Below are positions 24,482 through 35,300 of a DNA stretch of 53,501 bases, in pieces. The notes beneath the pieces were generated by a model. That model was not told the origin of the DNA. It did not search any database and worked only from the letters and a program-made list of their open reading frames with translations. Source of the stretch: Mesotaenium endlicherianum. Lineage: Eukaryota. A program made the position numbers and the translations under genes. The stretch spans positions 86,330 through 139,830 of the forward strand of contig WELA01000919.1 in NCBI GenBank assembly GCA_009602735.1. The letters are read 5' to 3'. The first letter of the stretch is position 1; the number at the start of each line of letters is the position of its first letter.

Positions 24482-25285
24482 CTAGCGGCAGGATGCTGGT
24501 GGGCTGGAGGCCACGTTGCTCACCATGTTTGAGATCTCTGCTCGGTCTCTGTCGCCAAATGAAAGCATATGGGAAGCCATCAGAGGAGGCATGGGACCCG
24601 GCATTGGACCCCTCTTCACATCTTCTCGAGGCAAGAGGCCTGGCGCACTTGGACCAACACCCTCACCTCTTCCAAAAGGAGGATGCCAGCGAGCCTGTTT
24701 GCCATCTTTGGCCCCCTTGCCATTCTTGGCCCCCTGGAAACCCATAGCCCCCTTGCCATTCTTGGCCCATTTGCCATCATTAGCCCCCTTGCCATCCTGA
24801 TGGTGGCCGTTGAACCTTTCAGGCGGCCGCGCTCCTGGGCCCGCAGGAGCTCTTGTGGTCGCATCACATTTCTCGCTATTCTTCCAGATTCGAACTCTGA
24901 TCGCCTCTCCCTCTTCACTGTCCACAAAGGCTGTGCGCTTGCAGTCCAAGAAAAGGTTCGACGGCGCTCCCAATCTCTTCAGCATCTCCACCCGCTTGCC
25001 AACAGGGTGCATGTTACAGCAGTGCACCTTCTCTTTCACTGCCTTCTTTGCTGCCAAGCTGCACTGCCGGCTGGTGGATGCCTGGTCACTTGCGCCTGAC
25101 GAGCTGACAGCCGTCAGCTTTACAATCGGCAGCACGCTGAGGCCAAAGCATTGCACTGCCCTGGTATCAAGGCACACATGCCTCGTATTGGTGCCTTCAT
25201 CCACTATGTGAACATGCTCCCTCAAGGCAATGGTTGTTGAACATTGTCCGCATATGAAGCGAGCAGGAGACTCCCCACCACCCAT
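24482..25285 (-). CDS. RIG-I-like receptor C-terminal domain (RLR-CTD)-like zinc-binding protein; probably exon 1 (25285-24524) of ZNFX1-like copy A
   Basis: FICGQC..VHIVDE..HVCL..QCF..KEKVHCCNMHPVG..FVDSEEGEAIRVRIWKN parallels RIG-I CTD LLCRKC..VRVIEE.HYTVL..ECF..RAKIFC....CSHDWG..VVEDIATGVQTLYSKWKD (alignment by eye, from memory). Phase-0 donor ATG|GTGAGC at 24524/24523. Confidence 0.65.
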   Translation of the reverse strand: MGGGESPARFICGQCSTTIALREHVHIVDEGTNTRHVCLDTRAVQCFGLSVLPIVKLTAVSSSGASDQASTSRQCSLAAKKAVKEKVHCCNMHPVGKRVEMLKRLGAPSNLFLDCKRTAFVDSEEGEAIRVRIWKNSEKCDATTRAPAGPGARPPERFNGHHQDGKGANDGKWAKNGKGAMGFQGAKNGKGAKDGKQARWHPPFGRGEGVGPSAPGLLPREDVKRGPMPGPMPPLMASHMLSFGDRDRAEISNMVSNVASSPPASCR

Positions 25286-28200
25286 TTTGCAAGTCTTACT
25301 TCAAGTTGGACTTGCTGCAATAGTTATCTGCACCCCAACACACCGCATTACACCGCATTGCAGAGCGTTAAACGATCAACACACTAAGAAATGCCTCTGT
25401 AAAATGTAGAAGTATAGGGCTCGAGGGCAACGGAGGAACCGGGGCGAGGGACTTCGAGATGTTGCCCTCCTATGCGGAAGTCAGAACGGGGGGGGTCGGG
25501 TCAGGGTAATATGAGGGTCCAATTAGGGTTGATGACCCCCCCTCTAGGGGTTTGAAATAGTGCTCTGGTTGGTTCCGGGGGATTTTTGCCCCTGGTAGGA
25601 GAAATGGCCCGTTTTTTCGTTCGCCCTCGAAATTGAGACTGAGAAATTTCAATGTCTTTCTAACAGATTCTTCAACTTGTTCCTATGCATTGACATAAGC
25701 TTAATAGACATGCGGGCAATGTAAATATTGCCAACATCCCCCACATTATAGTCAATTGTAGTTACTATAGCAAATATATCGGCAACAGTGATGAGACATA
25801 GGTCACCCTTGGGCGATGCATAATCAACCCGTAAGTTTTGAGCACACCCTGTACATTATACCCGGTGGTAACCACTGTGGCAATTATATAGGCTATAGTT
25901 ATGGAAGAGGTAGGGACACCCTCAGGCAATGCATATATGATATGTCATGATGTTGAGATTCTTCTTGAGATGTGATGCTCTTTGTCCTCAAATATATGCT
26001 ATCATAAACTACAAATGTACAACCGCCTATATAGACTTGGAAGGTTACTGGCCAACAAGGTTTCCTGAAGAGCAATAATTAAGAATGAGGAGTCCAACTC
26101 AGTATGTTCCTACTTAAGCAGCATAACTTTGACAATGTGAAGACTCCACAATCACCAGTCTTTCTCGCGTATACTCACTGGGTTGTGAATCTAGTTATGC
26201 ATCAGAAGAAGGCATGTTGGGCCACCTCATGCAATATGCTTGTCCTTCTTAATTTTTCCTTAGAAGTTGTACTGCCTGCAGGTATGAACCTGTCTCCTGT
26301 CAAACAGGACTTGAGAGTTAAGTACTTCACTTGCGGGGGTGAAAGTCAAGCCTGCAGAAAGCTGGCATTGACTGGAAGTAACCATTAAGCGTTAAACAAA
26401 AATACTGAAATCAAGAAGCAGCTTTCTTCCCATTAAGTTAGTGCAAGAAGCAACATATTTCATAAGAAGGTTGGCCCGGCCGACATTGTCCAACAGTAGC
26501 CAAAACTTTTCTTATACCTCACTGAAATGCACCTTCGAAGCAGAGCTTCAGTTCACGAATGCAAGTCGCTTGGACTCGATCGAGTATCCCTAGTCCAACT
26601 GCCAGCTGCTATGCTCCGATGCCTGGTCCCGTCAAGCTGCATTGATCAATCGTGTATTGGGACTCGATTTTGACTTCCTAAAAATCAATGCCGGACCTTA
26701 AGTTCGTTAGAAGATCTCAGGCAGATCCAAATTGAAGTGGATCAAATATATGCCGACGTGGGCCGGAGTCATTGGTTCGCTTGAAGTACCAACTGATTGT
26801 TGTTGACGTGCATTAGGCGTGCCATAGGCGTGAAATAGGCGTAACGCAGGCGTGAAACTTGCGTGAAGGGGGGCATTTGGGGGGATTGACGTGAAATGGC
26901 TTCCGTTTTCTAAGGTCGATGGGACTTGTTTGAGATTGACCCGCTTGAACCGCAGAAACCTGACAGAAACATGAGAACTTGAGCCACTTTTTCGTGTATA
27001 TCATTATACAGTTGACTGGACAATCAACATCGACGATCAATGAACATCAATGATCTTGAAAAGGGACCGCAAGGTTGACCAAGGACCACCACCTGTCGAC
27101 AACCGCCGAGGCTGACCAAGGTGGACCAAGGCAACTACGTTGAAGGCGACCTAAACCTGATCTGGACTGTCAAATTAAATGTACTTCCTGCGATTGGTTG
27201 CTCGTAGTGCGTCTTGTTCGTGCTACATCCGTACGTGTTACAACGACACCACTGGCTTCGAGACTCAGAAGTTGGGTCTATGCATGCCTGCATGCATGTG
27301 CAAGCCAAACTGATGGGACCAGATATGGGACCAATTATTCTGCCTGCACTTGCTCGGTTAAACACGTAAAGAATATCCTTCAGAAGTCTCAGTATGGAAC
27401 GAGGTATTTCTTTGGAAACCGTGTCTTAACGCATCGAATAATGATGGCCTACGCGTGTAGCTACATATCCATGATGCATTGAAGTCTAATGCAGCCATAC
27501 AATGTTGCCAAGCCCGTGGCCCTAATGATGCGATGGTACTCCACGTTCACGTGCCTGAAACAAAGTTAGCTCCTCAAAAATTTGGACTAGGCCATATATC
27601 TATCGTACTGAGATCGTCAAACTACGGTAATTTGAGCAAGATTGCAGGCTTCATTGTCATATCAGAGCTTCGCGAGTTCAACGGGATTTGTGAGCTCATG
27701 TGCACCAGGTATAGAGCTGTGATTGATCAGCTCGATACATGTCCTTTATCACCAAGTTTGAGCTCATCAAAGAAGCCAAAAGCAGCAACTCTCAGACGGC
27801 TGACTTGATGTCGAAGGTGAGCATTTTCCTCTACCCTGTGTTTTCAGATCAGTTTGAAATAGGAGGTGGATGTATCAAAACGGACGGAGTATGTAAAGGG
27901 TAAATATGTACACATTAGTTTATAAACATAAGTAAGCGCTCGAGAAGGCTAACCAAACGCCATATACACTGTCTTGGCTCGCTGGAAAACACATGACATG
28001 TTGTATTAAGGGCCAGGAGCAGTTGACTTCTCTTACGCAGGCGCTCGTGGCAGCCAGGGAGCTCACTCTTCTCTCGTGTAAACAGATACAAGAATTCCAT
28101 TTGAGTTGAAGAACAAATTTTTCAGGCGTCATTGGATTGTAGGCTTTTCAGTATTTTATCCTGTCCTTTGAGCCCCACTAAATCCCCACATGTGGAGATA

Positions 28201-29303
28201 TTATATATCTGTGCACTTCGAGTTGGCAGACAACCATGTTGAAGGGATCAAACAAAAATTGTTGATCCTTGGTCCTGTGCGAGATTAAGCTTGTTGCTTA
28301 TACATCATGCTTATTGAGGACTATAATTAATCTTGTTAACAAAATGCTTCAGAGAGGCACTCTTGGTGAAAAAATCTAATTTTTGACGGTTAACATGCAC
28401 GTGAAGAGCGTGATGACCAATATTTGGGTATTGTGTCGTGTTTGTTCATCCAAGTGAACTGGTAAACACTGCCTGATAAAGCAGCACACTATGACTACCA
28501 GACGTAGAATGACCTTGACTAAGTATTGAGATAACCAGAAACTATATCTGAATCTTCACAGAAAGGTATCTGGGTCAGAATTTGACAACTCTACTAGAAC
28601 TACTGCGGAGTCTGGTGTGCACCAGAAACATCATTTTTTTTCTTTGACCTCATTTTCCAATCAAGTACAAGAAATTACTCAGTAACCCAGTTCCCTGGTT
28701 CAGAGTGAGCTTTGAAGCTCCGGTTGAATGTAAATCGACATACTTCAAATTGTAATGTCGTCTATGGCTGATGTTCATGGCTGATGCAACTATAGCAGTG
28801 GTAAGGTACTGTCGCAGAGGACATGTCTTGGCACATAGTTGTGGGTCAGAAGCTATACGCAAACACTTTTTTAAATTTTCCCTTTTGCTATGGTTGTTAA
28901 TAATTGTCTTTGATTCAGAAACACTTCAATTGAATGTATGTCTTAGACTCAAAAGCACCTTGGGTCGTTAGTGCATAGTAGACAACATTTTCCTTTCTTA
29001 TCGTTGTGCACTGAATCCTCAACTTGAGAACCTCTGGCAATGAGCAATTAATCCATAACCTCTTTGATTGGTTCTTGAGCTTTGCATCAGAGGGCTGAAG
29101 CTGATTTGCATCAGAGAACTGAAGCTGATCCCACTGCCTACTTTATCAATCTTCTAGCTTCATGTCCTCGTCTTCTGACCTAAGTGGTTGTCTTTCTTGG
29201 GGGGCTTCCTACCTCACTTGTTCTCCTTAGTGGGGCCTTCCTTTTGGAGTACACCCGCCAGCAGTGACGAATCCAGAGAGCCATCACAAGTGACGACAAC
29301 AAC

Positions 29304-32300
29304 ATGTCAGCAACTTGCGTTTTTGAAGAGGTGAGTTGCATTTGTTGTGGCACCTCTGCGAATTCAATGCACTTTGTACCACACACTTTCTACACACTTT
29401 GTACCACTTAGTGTGACGTATCAGTTGCATTCAAGAGACCCAGGCTAGCTGACTCTCTTGCAGGGACAAAATAAGCACGACTCCAAAGATGCATGGACCA
29501 ACTGATGCATCAAAATATATATTTTCATCAAGATATGTAAAGTGAGATCCAAAGCCTGACAAGAGATCGTCCTGCTTGTTGGTTAGGGTCTCGCAAGCGC
29601 GCACCTCGGGAAGATGCTGCGCATAAAGATACAGTACATTGACACCACAAAGATGACAACAGTCAGGCAACCTCCAACATTTGAGGAGGTGTGCCATGGG
29701 GCATTGAAGATCCACCCAGAGCTAGCCAGCTGGGGCTCCGTGCAGCTCAGGTTTGAGGCTGCCAGTGCAGACCGCGAGCAGATAGCAGTCAACTCCGACG
29801 ATTCTCTGACTTCTGCAGTCGCTGGCTGCGCACCTGGCCAAGTTCTGAAGCTGAAGGTTGACATGCCGGCTCCTGCTGCTCCTGCTCCTAGTACAAGTAG
29901 CCCAGCAAGTGGCACTACATCTACAACATGTCCTTCAGGTGGTGGCAGGAGAGAGGGAACAAGCAGCAAAAATTTGGAAGGAGGCAAACAGCATATTTCA
30001 AGCACAGGGGCAGCCACCAGCAGGCGAGGTCGGCCTGTCTCTTTTGTTCGGCCAAGCAGCGCCCAGGGCACCTTTGATGAGTGAGCACCACATAAAGAAA
30101 TGGCTGCAGAGCAACCTGGAGCGTCCCACATCAGACCTCATATCAAAACTGAGCAAGGGCGAGGGCGCAGCCACTTTGGGCACCATTGTCTCCCGTCCCG
30201 CGCTGTCGCAGCCGCAGGTGGATGTGCTGGTGCGCGTGCTGGCGCGCGACGAGATGCGCAGCAGCATGCTGCGCGAGAGCACCAACTGCGTGTACGGCCT
30301 GCTGCTGGGCTCGCCCTTCCTGGCGCGCCTGCACGCCCACGTGCAAGGCCTCCGCCTCAGCGCGGCCCAGCCCGACTGCACGCTGCTGCCGTACGTCAAG
30401 CTGTGCGAGGAGATCCAGTCGCGCTCCGCTGACGGCTGGCGGGAGGTGCCCCTGGACGCGCTCAAGGGGCGTGTGGAGGAGCTGCCAGATGAGTGTGCTC
30501 CCAAGCAGTCCCTGCTGGCAGACATTGGGCGGCTGGTGGACCAGCGCGCGCGCCTCAGGGTCACCTCTGCTGTGCGTGGGCCCCCTCAGCCGGGACTGGT
30601 GGTGAGCACTCTTGAAGAAGCTGACTCGTATGCATGCTTGCTGCTTCAGTTACGAAGCTGGTCTTGTTGGGAATGTGGTTGCTGCTGCTGTTGCCTGCTT
30701 GCTTACAGGGTGCATGAGCTTCAACAGTGCATGAATGGTTGTAAAAATAAATATGAATACTCTAACAACCCTTTTTTTTACAGCAAAGTTTATTTCTTTC
30801 TTTTTTACGTATAATTTGCTGATCGCAGTTCTACAATGAAAATACAAGTGTGGAGGAAGCAACCAAATTTTTTCTCTATCACCGGCTTCTCTGCTTTCAC
30901 CTCCTCCTACGGATGTGACCACAACAAGGTCTCTACTACTCACACATTAGTTTCACACTGGACACCATCAAGGTAGCTGAGGGAATGATATCTGATGTCA
31001 GGTGACTTGGCACATCTTCTGGGAAATAAGAATATGATCCCCTCTGCTCCTCTCATTGTTGTGCAGGGTGAGGCGTTCCGCACGCAGCCCATAGTCCCAT
31101 CAGTGAAGGAGATGCGTCACGTGGCGGCGGCTGCTGATCTCCCTGTGAACCACACGGCGGTGCCCTACGAGACCATGCTGCAGTACCTGGAGACGCACTT
31201 CCAGCTGCTGCGCGAGGACTGCATGCAGCCCCTCAGGGTGGGCATCCGCCAGTACCGCTGCGATACTGCCAGTAGTGGCTGCAGGAAGAGGTCCCAGGAC
31301 GTGCGGATCTACACGCACATCCGCATGGTCGGCATCCGCTGCGGCAGGGTTGGCCTCGAGTATCTCTTGAAATTCAAGATTGACTCGGGGAGGAAGGTTG
31401 ACTGGGGCGCCAGCAAGCGGCTCATGTCGGGCGCGCTGCTGTGCATCTCTGCCGACAACTTCGAGACAGTGCAGTTTGCCGTGGTTGCCAAGAGGACGGA
31501 CGAGGACCTTGGAAAGGGCCTAGTTGACGTGCGCATGGTTGAGGAGGATGAGGACGAGAGGAAGGGGCTGCACAACGACAAGGTTTACGTGATGGCGGAG
31601 TCGACGGCCGCCTACTTCGAGGCATACTCGCACGTGCTCCGCAGCCTGCAGCGGCCCGACATGGAGCAGATTCCTTTTCAGCAGCAGCTCATCCACCTGC
31701 ACGCCCAGGTGGCGCCCCCCAGCTACCTCAAGAACAGGGGGATACGCGGCGAGTATGACTTCCTGAGCGTCTTCCCAGAAATCCATAAGGACCTGGGGAC
31801 ATCCAGAGTGCACATTTTGGAAGAGGCCTGGCCGGAGTGGACATCCACCCTTGACCCGAGCCAGAAGGCGGCACTCAAGCGCGCGCTGACCAAGGAGCTG
31901 GCGCTCATTCAGGGGCCGCCTGGCACCGGCAAGACGTTTGTGGGCCTGCTGGCAATGAAGCTGCTCCTTGCCAACGTCAGCAGAGCCTCGGGGAGTAAGC
32001 TGCAGGGGCTCCTGGCCAAGACCGCCGGCGAGAAGCGCCCGGACCTGGCCACTGTCGGCTCTGCTGATGTGCTTGCGGAGCACGGCAGGGCGACTACGGG
32101 CCCCATCCTGGTGGTGTGCTACACCAACCACGCGCTGGACCAATTCCTGGAGGGCATTCTGGCGTACGAGAAGAGCGTCGTGCGCATCGGGGGGCGGTGC
32201 AAGAGTGAAGTGCTCAAGAGCCACAACCTCCAGGAGCTCCTCTTCAAGCAGAGGGACAATCGGAGCAGGGAGAGAGCGCACCACTACGCTCTTAGGGAAG

Positions 32301-35300
32301 CGAGGGCAAGGAGCCGGGGGTCGGAGGAGGACGTGATGAAGAACATCCAACGGCTGCGCCATCCAGCCGTCACGCCTGAGACTCTGCAGGGGGTGGCCAC
32401 CGAGGAGCAGATCAGCAGCCTCTTCTACGGAGACGAGGATGTGCTGGAGGGCTCCCCTCTGATAACAAGGGGACATGCGGCCAAGTGTGTGGAGTTCTGG
32501 TTGATTGAGCATCGCTACTTCCGCCACATGGCGGAAGGGAATTCTCGGAGCCTACCTATTCCTCTCGTTCTCCAGCCAGATGCCGGTTGGGGCAATCAGG
32601 ATAGCCGCTTTAATGCTTTGGTAAGGCCACAAGAAGGCTCAGGCAATGGTGGCAGAGCGCGCGCGCGTGTTGAGCGGGACCTTGGTGACAACGACGACGA
32701 CGACGAAGCAGAGTCGCTCGGAGACGAAGAGGAACTGAGGGAGCTCGAGGGAGACAGGCAGGAGGAGGACTTTGCACTCGGCGGCAGAAGGCAGGCTCAG
32801 GCTCGTATGTATCTTCTGCAGGATCCGAAGGTCGACGACGACGTCGAGGAGAACCTTGATCCCCCTCATCCAGCTTGGCAGGCCATGCAACAGGCAGGTC
32901 AGCAGCACCAGCAGTGGCAGCAGGGTCAACACCACCACCAGCAGCAGCAGCAGCATCAGGCTGCTATGAGAAGGCAAGGGGGTGGAGAGGGGTACAACGA
33001 CGGCTTCCAGGTGGTGCAACACGGCAGAGGAAGGGGGCGGCAGCAACAGGTAGCGGTGCCTGGAGCAGACGGCCCTGGCAATCTGGCTATGGGCTTCGAG
33101 GAGGAGGAGGAGGTGGACAAGGAGAGGGAGGAGGGGGAGGTGGCACTGGGGAAAGTGGTCGACCAGCCTAACGTGTGGGATCTGTCGGAGCATGAGCGCG
33201 TCACGCTGCACAACTACTGGCTGGGGGAGATCCGCGCAGCTGCGGGCAACAAGCTCCCCGAGATTGCCAAGGACTACTGCAAGGCCCAGCGCCAGGTGGC
33301 AGCCGTCGACAACAAGATCCAGCTGAGCCTCCTGCGGGAGAGCCGCGTTGTCGGCATGACCACCACGGCCGCCGCCCGCCACCACGACCTGCTCACCGCC
33401 CTCAAGGTGCTCTTGCATTCTCTCGCCTTTGGGCACTTGCATGCTTCTCGTACCTTCCCAATTTTCCAAAGATTGCGTGAAAGTACCTCCCCAACTCTCC
33501 AGTGATTCTTGCTTGAATGAGAGTTTGATTGTAGTCAACTTTCACTTTTGTATGTCTTGGGCCTAATCCTCCGTGACCCCCCTCACCACGACGGTGTATT
33601 GCATGTCCAAAAGATTCTGATGGCAGGAGTAATTTCCCATGTGTCCAACCAGCACTTGTACGTGCATGGAGTCAAATGCTTGTGGAGCATGGCAGCACAT
33701 AGATTACTCTGCATCTTTTTGTATGGCTCCTCTTTCATGCTTGAACCACATCATCTGCAGTCTGCTTATAATATTCTCTCCATACACAAATTCTATTGCA
33801 AAGCTTCTTCAATATTTGTCAGCCAAAACACATTATGTTGGCATTGGATGCTTCCACAAAGTCATTCCCTGCATGTGGTGTATGAGAAATTTTACGTGCG
33901 AGTGTGTATGTCTGCATGAATGTAATCTACATGTGAGAATCTGTTCCTACATAGATTAGTAGGTCTCTTTGTGCTTCTTTGCATCATATGACAGTTGGCC
34001 TGTCCTCCCATTGGGGCCTCCCTCCCCCTGCGCCGTGCTCTCTGAGAGGGGGCAGCCAGAGATCATAGTGGTGGAGGAGGCTGCGGAGGTGCTGGAGTCG
34101 CACATCCTGGCGTGCCTCACGCCCGCCGCGCAGCACCTCATCCTCATCGGCGACCACCAGCAGCTGCGCCCCTCGGTGGCCGTGTACGCGCTCGCCAAGA
34201 AGCACGGCCTGGACGTGTCCATGTTTGAGCGCCTGATGGCCAATGGCGTGGAGGGCACCACGCTAAGCGTGCAGCACCGCATGCGCCCGGCCATCGCGCG
34301 CCTGGTGGCGCCCATCATCTACCCACACCTCCAGAACCACACGGACGTGCGCGCGTATCCGGAGGTCAGAGGGGTCGCGCGCAGCCTGTGCTTCCTGGAC
34401 CACAGGGTGCCGGAGAACCACGACGGCGAGCTGGGCAGCAAGGTCAACGGCCACGAGGCACGCCTCTGCGTGGAGCTGTGCGCCTACTTCCTCAAGCAGG
34501 GCTACAGGCATGACCAGGTGGTCATCCTCACCATGTACACCGGTCAGCTCCTGGAGATTAAGCGCCTCCTGCGCACCAGGCTCACGATGCCTTATCTGCC
34601 ACATGTCAGCAGCGTGGACAACTACCAGGGAGAGGAGTGCGACATCGTCATCCTGTCGCTCGTCAGAAGCAATCACCTGGAAAGTCACAACGGGCCCGGG
34701 AAGATCGGATTCCTGGCGGTGGCCAACCGCGTGTGCGTGGCGCTCTCGCGCGCGCGCATGGGGCTCTTCATGCTCGGCAACGCGCAGCTGCTGGCCGCCA
34801 AGAGCCCGCAGCTGTGGGGCCGCGTCCTCCGGGAGCTGCGGGAGCAGGGCTGCGTGGCGCCCTCCATCACGCTGCGCTGCCAGAACCACGAGGACGCACT
34901 CACCGAGGTGTCGGAGCCCGCACACTTCCATGCGGTCAAGGAGGGTGGATGTGGCAAGCCGTGTGACTGCCAGCTGAACTGCGGACACCTGTGCCCCAGG
35001 AGATGCCACCTGGGGGGCCACGATGACGTGACCTGCCCAAGAGACTGCAAACGCGAGCTTCCCGGATGTGAGCATCAGTGCAGCTCACGCTGCCACGGGC
35101 TGGAAGAGGCCTGCCCGCCGTGCGCGCGCCGTGTGCAGAAGATGGTTCCCTCCTGCGGCCACGCTCAGACCATGGCGTGCTCGGCAAGGCCGGAGATCCA
35201 CCTGTGCCTTGGCAGTTGCGCCAAGGTGCTCGCCTGCGGGCACGCCTGCGACAAGATGTGCTACCAGCCGTGCAGTGAGCGGTGCATTGTGCTTGTTGAC

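Noticed and set aside
30068..30084. Programmed +1 frameshift at CCTTTGA in copy B
   Set aside because: The TGA is not in the zero frame as prfB-type sites require, and no stimulatory element was seen.
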